Positions 48,679 to 59,229 of a stretch of 64,000 bases of DNA are shown here, piece by piece (the stretch's first letter is position 1; each line of letters begins with the position of its first letter). The notes beneath the pieces were generated by a model. It had not been told where the DNA came from, did no database searches, and saw only the letters and a list, made by a program, of their open reading frames with translations. The position numbers and the translations under genes are program-made. The stretch is from positions 1,568,001-1,632,000 of the forward strand of contig OY782041.1 in NCBI GenBank assembly GCA_963677595.1, in the 5' to 3' direction. This DNA is from Spirochaetia bacterium (lineage in GTDB: Bacteria > Spirochaetota > Spirochaetia > CAKZLE01).

Positions 48679-49422
48679 ATGAACAAGAGAAACCATGGAA
48701 GAAGATTACCGAAAGCAGGGCTCATCGCAGCCGTATTACTCGTCGCCTCGATGGCAGGGGCATTCGCCGGGAACCTGTGGTCTACTGCAGACTCGATCGC
48801 CTCGGACAGCGCCTCTCTCGTGCCGGCCTACACCTCAGTCAATTACACCGAGACCACTGCCGATGGGCAGGCAGTCCTCACCGAGCAGGCGCTGATCATC
48901 CATGATGAGAACCGCAACGATGAGCTCACCCGAGCCGAGTACGGGGAAGATGATGTATTCGCCGTGATCGGGAGCTTCACCGACGGCCTGGCCTTCAGCC
49001 CCTTCGCCGATGCGGCTGCAGACCTCGAGTATGAGGCTACCGGGGAGACAGCGGTGATCGACGGCGTGTCGGCTGCCGAGTACTCCTTCGAGTACACGAT
49101 CGACGAGAACCAGATCGCCTACGACTCAGCGATCAGCAACGGGACTGACGTGGATGTCGAGGGGACCGTGTGGATCAGTGAGAACGAGGGCTATGCCGTG
49201 AAGGCCGAGGTGGAATACAGCATCTATGACAATACGAGCGGGAACATCGAGATCGCGCAGGTGATCACCTATGACTACAATGGGGAGAGCTGGATGCCGG
49301 TACAGACGGTGACTACCGGATCACAGGTCTTCACCGAGCGGGATAAGACCGAGACGGTGACCAACTTCACCCTCGTCGAGACCTATTCGGAGTTCTTCGC
49401 AGCCTCTGGCTACGCACGATAA
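48679..49422 (+). CDS. Exported acidic beta-rich protein, paralog B
   Basis: SD AGGAG, signal peptide ending AFA; colinear with paralog A. Confidence 0.8.
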   Translation: MNKRNHGRRLPKAGLIAAVLLVASMAGAFAGNLWSTADSIASDSASLVPAYTSVNYTETTADGQAVLTEQALIIHDENRNDELTRAEYGEDDVFAVIGSFTDGLAFSPFADAAADLEYEATGETAVIDGVSAAEYSFEYTIDENQIAYDSAISNGTDVDVEGTVWISENEGYAVKAEVEYSIYDNTSGNIEIAQVITYDYNGESWMPVQTVTTGSQVFTERDKTETVTNFTLVETYSEFFAASGYAR

Positions 49423-49463
49423 GGCCTGAAGAGAGAAAGGATAGCGGGAATCATTGATGATGA

Positions 49464-49487
49464 AGGCGGGCGAAAGCCCGCCTGTTT
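49464..49487 (+). terminator. Terminator-like hairpin between convergent genes
   Basis: AGGCGGGC-GAAA-GCCCGCCT followed by GTTT. Confidence 0.65.
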
Positions 49488-49499
49488 CGCGTCCGGGCA

Positions 49500-50876
49500 T
49501 CAATGCAGGGTCAGGTCGTTGATCCATCTCTTCGACCGGATCCTCCAGGTGCTGATGGCAGCCTTGTAGATCTCCTCCAAGCCAAGCAGGAGGTAGAGCA
49601 GGTCAAGGGGCAGACCGAGGAAGAAGCCTCCGAAGAGGGCCAGGGGGACACCCACGAGCCAGACGCTGGTCAGCTCTATGAACAAAGATATCCTGGTATC
49701 CCCGCCGGAGCGGAGGATGCCGACGATGGTATGCATGTTGAAGGCCTTGAAGGGGAAGATGAGGCCGATCATCATCAGGGATCGCGTCGTGAGACCCATG
49801 ATCTCCTGTGATACATTGAAGGCCTGCGGGAGGATGGGGGCGAGGAGGAACATCGCAAGGCCCATCACCGCACCGAACCCCAGGGCGATGAGCATGAACC
49901 TCCGTGCATAGGCACCGGCGAGCTGGTACTGCTTCTCCCCGATTCGTTTCCCGATCATGACGGCGCAGCCGCTCGAGGTTCCCATGAAGACGACGAAATA
50001 GAGGCCTTGGATAGCTTCCACGACATTGGCAGAGGCGATGACATGCGTACCCATGCGGGCGAAGACGATCTTGTAGACGACCATGCCGACCGACCAGATC
50101 ACCTCGTTCAGGATGACCGGGAGTGCGGTCTTGAAGTATTTCGGCACGAACGCACGGTCGATGGTGAGGAAGCTCCTCATCGTGCCGGCAACCGGGAGCC
50201 GCTTCCGGTAGGTGAAGAAGAGGATGATGGCCATCTCGAAGAAGCGCGAGATCGTGGTGGCAATAGCGGCCCCTGCGATACCCATGGCCGGGAAGCCAAG
50301 CTTCCCGAAGATGAGGATATAGTTCAGCACGATATTCATGACGACCGATACGGCGGTCCCGATCAGGGGGATCTGAGTCTGCTCGGTCGACCTGAGGGCG
50401 AAGGCGAAGATGATGGAGACGGCGGTGAAGAGGTAGCTGACCCCCACGATACGCAGGTAGACTGCCCCAGCCTCGATGACGGCAGGATCAGGGGAGAAGA
50501 TGGCCATGACGAAGCGGGGGGAGATGACCGATGTCAGGGAGAAGAGCAGCCCTGCTGCCAGGGAGAGGATCATCGATATGCCCATGGTCATATGGATCTT
50601 CCCGAGGTTCTTGCTTCCCCAGAACTGGGCCATGAAGACTGATGAACCGCTGCTCACCCCGAAGAGGATGAGGATGATGAGGAAGAACATCTGGTTCGCG
50701 AGCCCCACCGAAGCTATCTGGACGTCACCGAGCTGCCCGATCATCAGGGTGTCGACGAACGAGAGGGATGAGCCGAGCAGGCTCTGGAGCATGATGGGGC
50801 CAGCTATCTTCAACAGCTGTGAATAGAAGCCGGGACCAATGATCTTGGATGTTGATTCTGCAGGTGTTACTGACAT
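49500..50876 (-). CDS. MATE family efflux transporter
   Basis: About 12 TM; VDTLMIGQLG, LNYILIFGKLG.P.MGIAGAAIAT and GILRSGGDT motifs. Confidence 0.93.
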   Translation of the reverse strand: MSVTPAESTSKIIGPGFYSQLLKIAGPIMLQSLLGSSLSFVDTLMIGQLGDVQIASVGLANQMFFLIILILFGVSSGSSVFMAQFWGSKNLGKIHMTMGISMILSLAAGLLFSLTSVISPRFVMAIFSPDPAVIEAGAVYLRIVGVSYLFTAVSIIFAFALRSTEQTQIPLIGTAVSVVMNIVLNYILIFGKLGFPAMGIAGAAIATTISRFFEMAIILFFTYRKRLPVAGTMRSFLTIDRAFVPKYFKTALPVILNEVIWSVGMVVYKIVFARMGTHVIASANVVEAIQGLYFVVFMGTSSGCAVMIGKRIGEKQYQLAGAYARRFMLIALGFGAVMGLAMFLLAPILPQAFNVSQEIMGLTTRSLMMIGLIFPFKAFNMHTIVGILRSGGDTRISLFIELTSVWLVGVPLALFGGFFLGLPLDLLYLLLGLEEIYKAAISTWRIRSKRWINDLTLH

Positions 50877-50907
50877 GAGATTGTAGTACTCTAATACACC
50901 CTATAAG

Positions 50908-52833
50908 TCAATATGGTTTCCCGGTCTTTGTACCCCTTCGACGCTTTCTCCCAGCCGGGGGTCCCTGGGCTACGAGGCAGTCGGGACTGCTGCCGATCAG
51001 GTCTTCCCGTCCGGCGGCCCTGAGGGCCTCGATCACGAGGCTGCGGTTCTCCCTCTTGTGGAAGTGGAGCAGGGCTCGCTGCAGGTGCTTCTCACGTCCC
51101 TTCGGGACGTAGACGTCCCTGAAGCCCTTCCCAGGTCTTGGGTCGAGTCCGGTATAGTACATGCAGGTCGCTACCGTCCCCGGGGTGGGGTAGAAGTCTT
51201 GGATCTGGTCAGGGATGAAATGGTGCCGCTTGAGGTAGGTCGCAAGCATGATCGCATCATGAAGCGTGGAACCCGGGTGGCTTGAGATGAAATAGGGGAT
51301 GATGAACTGTCTCTTCCCTGATGCCTTGTTCGCCTTCTCGTAGAGGGTTGAGAACTCCTCGAAGAGCGAGATCCCGGGCTTCCCCATGGCGTCGAGGACG
51401 TCCGGGGAGACATGCTCCGGGGCCACCTTGAGCTGCCCGCTGGTATAGTGTCCTGCCAGTTCGGAAATGAACCGTTTACGCATTCGGGGGTCCGCAGCCT
51501 TGAGGAGGTAGTCATACCTGATCCCGGACCTGATGAAGACCTTCTTCACCCCGTCGAGTTCCCGTATCTGCTTCAGCAGTGAGAGGTACTCACCATGTGA
51601 GTCCTGGAGGGCCGGACAGGGTTCGGGGAAGAGGCACTGCCGGTCGGGGCAGGGGCCTGCAGTCTGCTGCTTCCTGCAGGCAGGACTGCGGAAGTTGGCT
51701 GTTGGGCCGCCCACATCGTGGATGTATCCCTTGAATCCCGGGTCCTTCGTGAGCCCGGCGGCCTCCCGTACGAGCGACCCCGGGCTCCGTGCCTGGATGA
51801 TGCGTCCCTGGTGGGAGGTGAGGGCACAGAAGGTGCAGCCGCCGAAGCAGCCCCTTGAGCTCGCGAGGCTGAACTGGACCTCGGCAAGGCCGGGGACCCC
51901 ACCTTCCCGGTCATAGGAAGGGTGCCATCCCCTGGTGTACGGTAGTTCGTAGACCGCATCGAGTTCAGCGGTCGAGAGCGGTGGAGCCGGGGGGTTCTGG
52001 ATCACGAGGTGTGTCGGGTACCCTTCGATCAGGCGCTCCGGCTTCATCGGGTTCTCGTGGAGTATCCTCAGCTGGATCGACTCGGCATAGCTCCTCTTCC
52101 CGGCGGGGGTGCCGGTGTTGGAGTGCACCTCCCGTTCCGAAACGGCTTCATAGTCAGGGAGCCTGATCTCGGAGGATGGGGAGCCTGCACCCTCAGCCTC
52201 TGCCTGCTTCAGCGTCTTTGCGAAAAGGGTGCCGGGCACGTCCTGGATGGATGAGATCTCCTCCCCGTCCCGGAGCCGTTCGCAGACGGCCGTGACAGGA
52301 AGCTCTGCCATGCCGTATATGAGCAGGTCAGCCTTGGCATCGAGGAGGATCGACCTCCTGATGCGGTCCGACCAGTAATCGTAATGGGAGAGCCTGCGCA
52401 GGGAAGCCTCAAGGCCGCCGAGGATCAGGGGGACTCCCTTGAATGCCTGCCGGGCCCTGGCTGCGTAGGTGATCACGGCACGGTCCGGACGGAGGCCGGC
52501 CTTCCCTCCCGGGCTGTAGCTGTCCGTGCCCCTCGGCTTGTTCGCCGAGGTGTAGTGGGCGACCATCGAGTCGATGTTGCCGGAGGTGACCATGCAGGCG
52601 AGTTTCGGCTGCCCGAGGACGAGGAAGTCATCGACCCCGTCCCAGGAAGGCTGGGCGATGATCCCTACGCGGAATCCCTTCGATTCCAGCAATCTGCCGA
52701 TGAGGGCAGTCCCGAATGAGGGGTGGTCCACATAGGCATCCCCGCTTATGATTATGATGTCACAGGCATCCCAGCCGCGCCGGTTCATCTCTTCCTGTGA
52801 CATGGGTAGTGGTTCGAACTTCGTTTTCATCAT
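50908..52833 (-). CDS. ygiQ: YgiQ-family radical SAM protein
   Basis: GDAYVDHPSFG, EASLRR..HYDYW, RGCFGGCTFC, SGIRYD and LKVAPEH motifs. Confidence 0.93.
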   Translation of the reverse strand: MMKTKFEPLPMSQEEMNRRGWDACDIIIISGDAYVDHPSFGTALIGRLLESKGFRVGIIAQPSWDGVDDFLVLGQPKLACMVTSGNIDSMVAHYTSANKPRGTDSYSPGGKAGLRPDRAVITYAARARQAFKGVPLILGGLEASLRRLSHYDYWSDRIRRSILLDAKADLLIYGMAELPVTAVCERLRDGEEISSIQDVPGTLFAKTLKQAEAEGAGSPSSEIRLPDYEAVSEREVHSNTGTPAGKRSYAESIQLRILHENPMKPERLIEGYPTHLVIQNPPAPPLSTAELDAVYELPYTRGWHPSYDREGGVPGLAEVQFSLASSRGCFGGCTFCALTSHQGRIIQARSPGSLVREAAGLTKDPGFKGYIHDVGGPTANFRSPACRKQQTAGPCPDRQCLFPEPCPALQDSHGEYLSLLKQIRELDGVKKVFIRSGIRYDYLLKAADPRMRKRFISELAGHYTSGQLKVAPEHVSPDVLDAMGKPGISLFEEFSTLYEKANKASGKRQFIIPYFISSHPGSTLHDAIMLATYLKRHHFIPDQIQDFYPTPGTVATCMYYTGLDPRPGKGFRDVYVPKGREKHLQRALLHFHKRENRSLVIEALRAAGREDLIGSSPDCLVAQGPPAGRKRRRGTKTGKPY

Positions 52834-53013
52834 TTTCTATCATAAATATTTGCTCAACCTCTGTGAATAGTCGAGATTATGGTGTATAATAAGTATTCAA
52901 TAAAAATGATATGGTTTCTTTATCATAAATCCTATACATGAACATTACGCTGTATGTTTACTACTGTTATGTCATAGGTGTGTCTGAGAAGCGTGAGAGA
53001 GTGTGGTGTTCAT

Positions 53014-53952
53014 ATGAGTGATTCAGGAGAGAGGATTCACATCATCCTGAACCCTGCAGCCGCAAAGGGAAAGGCTGCCGGGATGAAGGGTAAGATAGAC
53101 GCGTACCTGGGGGCGCACGGCATTCAGGCTGTGTTCTCCGAGACCGAGCGGGCCTGGCATGCCGCCGAACTCGCCGGGCAGGCGGTACGCGACGGGGCAG
53201 ATACCATCGTGGCCGCCGGCGGGGATGGTACCTGCAACGAGGTGGCGAACGGGATCCTCGCATCAGTTGGTCCCGGGGGGAAGCGTCCGAAGTTCGGTAT
53301 CTTCCCCATTGGCAGGGGAAATGATTTTGCCTATATCTGCGGGATACAGAAACGCCTGGAAGCTTTCTGTGATCTGCTGATCGAAGGCAAGAGCCGGAAT
53401 ATAGATGTTGGGAAGGTGACTGGAGGGCTCTATCCTTCAGGACGGTACTTCCTCAACGGTGTCGGGGTCGGGTTCGAGCCGATGGTGACGATGAAGGCCA
53501 GTGAGTTCAGGCGGGTCAGCGGGATACCGAGTTATATCTTAGCCCTGCTGCAGATCCTCGCCCACTACCCTGAAGCGGTGCAGACGCGGCTCGAGCTGGA
53601 CGGGGAGCTCCATGAACTGGCGACCCAGCAGATCTCGGTCTGCAACGGGCGCAGGATGGGCGGGGCCTTCCTGATGGGGCCCGATGCCGTCCCGTATGAC
53701 GGGAAGCTCGATTATCTCTTCATCGACAGGCCGTTGGGGATCGGGATGATCCTGAAGCTTGTCCTCAGGTTCCTGAAGGGGAGCCAGAAGAGCCATCCCT
53801 ATGTTGCCTCAGGCCTGGCACAGGATGTGAAAGTACGGGCTGCAGCTGAACAGCTGGTCTGTCATGCGGATGGGGAGACCATCTCCAGGGGCTGCACAGC
53901 CCTCGATATCGAGATCCTGCCGGGGGCATTGGATCTTATCTGTGCGATTTGA
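53014..53952 (+). CDS. Diacylglycerol kinase family lipid kinase (YegS/DgkB-like)
   Basis: ILNPAA, AGGDGT.NEV.NG, P.GRGNDFA and DGE motifs. Confidence 0.92.
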   Translation: MSDSGERIHIILNPAAAKGKAAGMKGKIDAYLGAHGIQAVFSETERAWHAAELAGQAVRDGADTIVAAGGDGTCNEVANGILASVGPGGKRPKFGIFPIGRGNDFAYICGIQKRLEAFCDLLIEGKSRNIDVGKVTGGLYPSGRYFLNGVGVGFEPMVTMKASEFRRVSGIPSYILALLQILAHYPEAVQTRLELDGELHELATQQISVCNGRRMGGAFLMGPDAVPYDGKLDYLFIDRPLGIGMILKLVLRFLKGSQKSHPYVASGLAQDVKVRAAAEQLVCHADGETISRGCTALDIEILPGALDLICAI

Positions 53953-54019
53953 CGTACCGGGTGATTATTGCGTATCTTGTAGATTCCCGGATGATTTTTC
54001 CCAACGTAAGGAGTATTAG

Positions 54020-55450
54020 TTGGTAAACGATAACGTACCCTCAGTGCATTTCTATGACCAGGACTTCGTGGACCTGTATGACAGGACCTGGATGTGGATC
54101 CACGATCGATGGACATCTGCGGAGAAAGGGAGCAGTACCAGTGCCCCTTCCCAGTACCTCACCTATGAGAACCAGGAGACTTTTCACCAGTTCTATACCT
54201 GCCTGGACTCATTCTTCCTCGTATACAGCAACCAGAGCTTCTCGCCGTTCCCGATGCTCGACTACTTCTATGATATGCAGGAGACCTCCGGGGCGATCCG
54301 GGGGGAGTATGCCGTCGAGGACGGGTCACCCGTCCTCTCGAAGGAGAACCCGGAAGGGGTACACCCCCCACTGTTCGCCTACATCGAGTACAACCTCTAC
54401 CACAAGGTCGGCAACAAGAAACGGCTCAAAGAGGTCATCCCCTATATCGAGCACTACATGGAGTGGCTCGAAGGGACGTTCCGGCAGGAGAACGGGCTCT
54501 ACTCGGTTCCCCTCGAGGCAACCATGCTCGACAGCCCTGCCCGCAGTGAGGTCTTCTACCCGGTAGACTTCAATGCCCTCATGGCTGTCAATGCCCTCTA
54601 TATGTCGGCGATCGGTGATGTCCTCAATGACAAAGAGCTGAGCTTCAAGTACAAGCGGCTCTACTTCTCCTTCAAGACGAGGATCAACTCCCTCATGTGG
54701 GATGCCGATTCCGGTTTCTATTACGACCTCGACAAAGACGGGAAGCAGGTTCGGGTGAAGACCATCGGCACCTACTGGACCCTGCTCGCCGAGATCCCCA
54801 ACGAGGATCGGGCCTTCCAGTTGATCGATAAGCTGAAGGACCCGGATGTGTTCGGGACGGAGAACCCCTTCCCGACGATAGCCGCGGATGACCCGGCCTT
54901 CTCGGAGGACGGGAAGTGGTACAGCGGTTCGGTCATCCCCGCCTATACCTTCATGGTCATCAAGGGGCTGGAGTGCTACAAGGAGTACGAGTTCGCCCGT
55001 GAATGCGCGATCCGGAATCTCTACTTCATACTCGATACCCTCCATCCCGACGGGATGGACAATGGTGATGTCTATGAGGCCTACCTGCCGATGCGTGAGG
55101 GGGCTGCGAAGTTCCCGGAGGCAAAGGGGCAGCCAAGGAAGAAGTTCCTGCCGATGATCGGGCTGGTGACGATCACCCTGATGATCGAGAATATCGTGGG
55201 GTTGTCGATCAGCCTCCCGCGGAAGACCGTGGACTGGATCATGCCGACCCTCGAAGCCATGGGGATAGAGGACCTGTCGTTGAAGCGGAACCTCATCACC
55301 ATCCTCAGCAACAAGAATAATAGGGGGTGGGAGATCCGCCTCGAGTCTGAGAAGCTCTATTATTTCACCATCGATATCCTCGATGAGCAGAAGAAGAAGA
55401 CCCTGCCGATCCCTTCAGGCAAGTGTTCCATGCTGATCGATAAACTGTAG
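54020..55450 (+). CDS. (alpha/alpha)6 glycoside hydrolase-like protein (GH63/trehalase-like)
   Basis: HPPLFA, PVDFNA, MWD..SGFYYD and P.PT.A.DDP.F motifs; TTG start with SD AAGGAG. Confidence 0.72.
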   Translation: MVNDNVPSVHFYDQDFVDLYDRTWMWIHDRWTSAEKGSSTSAPSQYLTYENQETFHQFYTCLDSFFLVYSNQSFSPFPMLDYFYDMQETSGAIRGEYAVEDGSPVLSKENPEGVHPPLFAYIEYNLYHKVGNKKRLKEVIPYIEHYMEWLEGTFRQENGLYSVPLEATMLDSPARSEVFYPVDFNALMAVNALYMSAIGDVLNDKELSFKYKRLYFSFKTRINSLMWDADSGFYYDLDKDGKQVRVKTIGTYWTLLAEIPNEDRAFQLIDKLKDPDVFGTENPFPTIAADDPAFSEDGKWYSGSVIPAYTFMVIKGLECYKEYEFARECAIRNLYFILDTLHPDGMDNGDVYEAYLPMREGAAKFPEAKGQPRKKFLPMIGLVTITLMIENIVGLSISLPRKTVDWIMPTLEAMGIEDLSLKRNLITILSNKNNRGWEIRLESEKLYYFTIDILDEQKKKTLPIPSGKCSMLIDKL

Positions 55451-55468
55451 GGCATACGGGAGTTCAGC

Positions 55469-56269
55469 ATGGGCTGGTTAGGGAAAGTGATCGGGGGGAC
55501 CTTCGGGTTCATGATCGGGGGGCCGTTCGGCCTCATCGCGGGGGCTGCGTTCGGCCATATGTTCGATGCGTCCGGGAATGTCGGGGGTGCTGCTGCGGGT
55601 AAGCAGGAAGCGTTCTGGCAAACCGGTATGCACCAGGGACAGGGCCGCATCAATTCCCAGGAGCAGACCCAGATGATCTTCTTCGTCGGTGCGTTCTCGA
55701 TGCTGGCAAAGGTCGCCACGGCGGACGGGAACGTCTCCATGGCTGAGCGGCGGAAGGTGGAGGAGTTCATCGACCAGGACCTGAGGCTTGCCGGCGATGC
55801 GAGGAATGCCGCCCTGAGGATCTTTGAGACTGCCCAGAAGTCGAATGAGACCTTCGACCAGTTCGCCCGCCAGTTCTATGACGTGTTCAGGACAAACCGG
55901 CAGATGCTCACCGTCATGGTCGACATCCTCTACCGGGTCTCCTACGCTGACGGCTCGATGAATGCGGCGGAGGAGACCCTGATCCATGCAGCCGGCACCA
56001 TCTTCCATTTCCCGCAATCCATGATGGACCAGATCAGGCAGCGGTACGGAACGAAGCAGAGCTCCTCCCGCTCCTATGCCGTCCTCGGGATCGAGGCTTC
56101 CGCCTCCACCGACGAGGTGAAGAAGGCCTATCGGAAGATGGCCAGTGAGTACCATCCCGACAAGATCGCGTCAAAGGGGCTGCCTGAGGAGTTCACGAAG
56201 TTCGCGAACGAGAAGTTCCGCGAGATCCAGTCTGCCTACGATGATATCAGGAAGAGCAGGGGCTTCTAG
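55469..56269 (+). CDS. djlA: DjlA-like co-chaperone (TM, TerB domain, J-domain)
   Basis: [23 protein letters not shown] and YHPDK J-domain motifs. Confidence 0.88.
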   Translation: MGWLGKVIGGTFGFMIGGPFGLIAGAAFGHMFDASGNVGGAAAGKQEAFWQTGMHQGQGRINSQEQTQMIFFVGAFSMLAKVATADGNVSMAERRKVEEFIDQDLRLAGDARNAALRIFETAQKSNETFDQFARQFYDVFRTNRQMLTVMVDILYRVSYADGSMNAAEETLIHAAGTIFHFPQSMMDQIRQRYGTKQSSSRSYAVLGIEASASTDEVKKAYRKMASEYHPDKIASKGLPEEFTKFANEKFREIQSAYDDIRKSRGF

Positions 56270-56859
56270 GGATTCATCACGATCCTGCCCCGAAGCGAAC
56301 GGGCAAGCGTCACTTTATCAGTATATTCAAGATCCCCGCCGACCGGCAGGCCGGAGGCAAGCCGCGTGACCGTGAGGCCTCGGTCTTTCAGGATATGCGT
56401 GATGTAGAGCGCCGTGGTGTCCCCCTCCTCGGTGGGGTTCGTTGCAAGGATGATCTCGGAGAACTCTCCCGTATCGATCCGCTTGAGCATCTGCCCGAAG
56501 GAGAGTTGCTCAGGGCCGATCCCGTCCAACGGGGAGATAGCCCCGTGCAGGACATGGTAGAGTCCGTGATACGCCCCGGATGACTCGATCGTGAAGACAT
56601 CCTGGGGCTGTTCGACGATGCAGAGCTGGTCCCGGTCACGGCCCGGGTCATCACAAGCCTCACAGATATCTCCCTCGGTGAAGCTCCCGCAGATTGAACA
56701 GAGGTGGATCTTGTCCTGTATGGTGCTGACCAGTTCCCCGAGGAGCTGGTTGTCCTGGCTGCTGCGGCTGATCAGCTGGTAGACGATACGTGAGGCACTC
56801 TTGCTGCCGATGCCCGGCAGGCGGGAGAATGCCTTGATCAGTTCATCGATCGATCTCAT
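56266..56859 (-). CDS. recR: Recombination protein RecR
   Basis: [10 protein letters not shown]4 Zn finger, [16 protein letters not shown] and [10 protein letters not shown] motifs. Confidence 0.97.
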   Translation of the reverse strand: MRSIDELIKAFSRLPGIGSKSASRIVYQLISRSSQDNQLLGELVSTIQDKIHLCSICGSFTEGDICEACDDPGRDRDQLCIVEQPQDVFTIESSGAYHGLYHVLHGAISPLDGIGPEQLSFGQMLKRIDTGEFSEIILATNPTEEGDTTALYITHILKDRGLTVTRLASGLPVGGDLEYTDKVTLARSLRGRIVMNP

Positions 56860-56863
56860 GGGT

Positions 56864-57169
56864 TCACATCCCGGGGAAGCCGAAACCGCCGGTGAGCGAT
56901 GATGCTTGTTCCTTCATCTTCTCTTTCAGGCTCTCGAGTGCGGAGTTGCATGCAGCAAGGACCAGGTCCTCCAGCATGGAGACGTCATCAGGGTCGACGA
57001 TCTCCCTGGCGATCTTCACGTCGAGGACCTCCATCTTCCCGTTCATGTCGATGACGATCATGCCGCCGCCGGCAGACCCCTGTACCACGACATCGTTCAG
57101 CTTGTCCTGCATCCCTGCCATCTGTGACTGCAGGTTCTGCAGATTCTTCATAAAATCCATTGGGTCCAT
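56864..57169 (-). CDS. ybaB: YbaB/EbfC nucleoid-associated protein
   Basis: G.AGGGM and VDPDD..MLEDLVLAA.N.A motifs; located between dnaX and recR. Confidence 0.95.
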   Translation of the reverse strand: MDPMDFMKNLQNLQSQMAGMQDKLNDVVVQGSAGGGMIVIDMNGKMEVLDVKIAREIVDPDDVSMLEDLVLAACNSALESLKEKMKEQASSLTGGFGFPGM

Positions 57170-57192
57170 GAAAGAACACTCCTTGAAAGTTG

Positions 57193-58827
57193 TTATTGTT
57201 CGTCGGAAAGCAGCTCGCCGCGGAATATCTTCTGGACCAGTTCCACCTCACCACCTGCTGCTCCCTGCCGGGGCTGCTGCGGCTGTGAGTGCGGTGCCGG
57301 CCTTGGGGTGTCGGTGAGCACCTCGAGGATGATCTCCTGCCCAAGGATGGCACTCAAGGCCTTCTTGATCACAGGAAGGCTGTCCTTGATCCGGGAGGCG
57401 ATGTAGCCTGCCGGGTATACCAGCGTTATGGTCTTTCCCTTCACTTCCCAGGACTTAAGCTTCCCGATCGTCGGGGCAAGTGCGGGGGAGCTCTTCATCA
57501 GCTGGGACTGGAGTACCTCGAAGTGTTTCCGGTTCAGCTCGATGTGGGTTGTCCCCTGCTGTGCGGCAGGCCTGGGGGCCACCGTCCTGGCCGGAGTAAG
57601 CTCCCCGGTCGGAGTTATCTCCCTGAGCCTCCCCGGGGGGAGGGGGGTGGGGGCAGCAGGAGCGGGTGAGGAGGGAACGCCCTTCTGGAGCAGTTCCTGC
57701 TTCAGTGCCTCGATCTGGCTGATGAGGATCGCCGGTGAGACGGCCTTCTTCAGGGTCGCGAGCCTGCTGACGGCAAGCTCGAGCTCGAAGCGCTGGTTCA
57801 TGGAGTAGCGGATCTTCCGGTAGAGGTCGAGCAGCATGTCCAGCGCTGCCTCGATCTGTTCCGAGGAGAGGCTCGAGATGACCTGCTCAGAATAATGGGA
57901 GACCTTGGCCCCGAGGATCGCCTCCTTGGTGATCCCCTCCTGGATGAGCAGGATGGTCCGGAAGTACTCGGATAATTCGATGATGCACTTCTCGACCGAT
58001 ATGCCCTGCGCGAGGATGGTATGGACCATGTCGATCGCCCGGTTGCGGTCCCCGTCGACCAGTGCCTCGGCAAGGGAGTTGACTACCTCCATACCGACGA
58101 GTCCCATGTTCTCGCGGATGACCTCCATCCGGATGTTCCCGTCGGAGAAGGAGACGATCTGGTCGAAGAGGGTATAGGCATCCCGCAGGGAGCCGGTCGC
58201 CTCCTTGGCGATCCAGAAGAGGGCCTCATCCTCATAGGTGACCGAGAGTTCCGCTGCTGCATGCTCGAGCTGTTCCTTGATGGTCTCGAGCGATATGAGC
58301 TGGAAGTGGAACTGCTGGCAGCGCGACCGGATGGTCGCCGGCACCTTGTGGACCTCGGTGGTCGCGAAGATGAAGATGACATATGGTGGCGGTTCCTCGA
58401 TGGTCTTCAGCAGGGCATTGAATGCGCTGGTGGAGAGCATGTGGACCTCGTCTATGATATAGATCTTGTACCGGCTGCTGTTCGGGGCGAAGAGGACCTC
58501 GTCCTTGATGGCCCGCACATCGTTGACGGAGGTGTTGCTTGCACCGTCGATCTCGATGACGTCCAAGGCACTGCCCGCGGTGATCTCATGGCAGCTCGGG
58601 CACTCCCCGCAGGGTTCCGCGGTCGTTCCCTTCTCGCAGTTCAGTGATTTCGCCAGGATCCTGGCAGCAGAGGTCTTCCCGACCCCTCGCGGGCCGGAGA
58701 AGAGGTAGGCATGGGCGATGCGTTCCTGCCTGATGGAACTCATCAGGGTGGAAACGACAAAACTCTGTCCTGCAAGTTCCGTGAAGCGTTGGGGTCTCAG
58801 TCGTGTCGCTGTGATCTCGAATGCCAT
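57193..58827 (-). CDS. dnaX: DNA polymerase III subunit gamma/tau
   Basis: RPQ.F, FSGPRGVGKT, EIDGASN, IIDEVHML and TIRSRC motifs. Start moved to ATG 58827 (SD AAGGAG). Confidence 0.97.
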   Translation of the reverse strand: MAFEITATRLRPQRFTELAGQSFVVSTLMSSIRQERIAHAYLFSGPRGVGKTSAARILAKSLNCEKGTTAEPCGECPSCHEITAGSALDVIEIDGASNTSVNDVRAIKDEVLFAPNSSRYKIYIIDEVHMLSTSAFNALLKTIEEPPPYVIFIFATTEVHKVPATIRSRCQQFHFQLISLETIKEQLEHAAAELSVTYEDEALFWIAKEATGSLRDAYTLFDQIVSFSDGNIRMEVIRENMGLVGMEVVNSLAEALVDGDRNRAIDMVHTILAQGISVEKCIIELSEYFRTILLIQEGITKEAILGAKVSHYSEQVISSLSSEQIEAALDMLLDLYRKIRYSMNQRFELELAVSRLATLKKAVSPAILISQIEALKQELLQKGVPSSPAPAAPTPLPPGRLREITPTGELTPARTVAPRPAAQQGTTHIELNRKHFEVLQSQLMKSSPALAPTIGKLKSWEVKGKTITLVYPAGYIASRIKDSLPVIKKALSAILGQEIILEVLTDTPRPAPHSQPQQPRQGAAGGEVELVQKIFRGELLSDEQ

Positions 58828-58876
58828 GTGCAGCTCCTTCAACGGAAAGTATACACTATGATGCGGATACAAAAAA

Positions 58877-59001
58877 CCCCTCCAGCTCAAGTCAAGTAAG
58901 CTGTGTCTCATCATCCGATCACTTACCGCTGCTACCTTCCGGTCCTGACGGGGTTGGGTGAAGGACAATAGCACAGTCCCTGACTATCAACGCTGAAGGG
59001 G
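58877..59001 (-). ncRNA. ffs: Signal recognition particle RNA (small bacterial type)
   Basis: Helix-8 signature GTCAGGACCGGAAGGTAGCAGC. Ends pair (CCCCTTCAGC / GCTGGAGGGG) and are followed by T6; located upstream of dnaX. Confidence 0.93.
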
Positions 59002-59003
59002 GA

Positions 59004-59091
59004 CGGAGAGAGGGGGATTCGAACCCCCGGTACCCTAGTGGGGTACATACGCTTTCCAAGCGCACACCTTCGGCCTCTCGGTCATCTCTCC
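59004..59091 (-). tRNA. tRNA-Ser(GGA)
   Basis: GGAGAGA acceptor stem, loop TTGGAAA, long variable arm, GTTCGAATC; CCA not encoded. Confidence 0.93.
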
Positions 59092-59112
59092 ATAATTATG
59101 TAAAAAAGCTAT

Positions 59113-59200
59113 CGGAGAGAGAGGGATTCGAACCCTCGGTACCGCAGAACGGTACAACGGATTTCGAATCCGCCCGATTCGGCCACTCTCGCATCTCTCC
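59113..59200 (-). tRNA. tRNA-Ser(CGA)
   Basis: Loop TTCGAAA, long variable arm and T-loop. Confidence 0.93.
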
Positions 59201-59229
59201 CGGTTGCTGTTACAGGTCTTTCAAGTTCT

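Noticed and set aside
52838-52930. TATCATAAAT repeated twice in the ygiQ-kinase divergent spacer
   Set aside because: An AT-rich 10-mer in AT-rich DNA with no associated regulator; insufficient support.
58828-58974. N-terminal extension of DnaX
   Set aside because: It overlaps the SRP RNA; an SD and the conserved start are at 58827.
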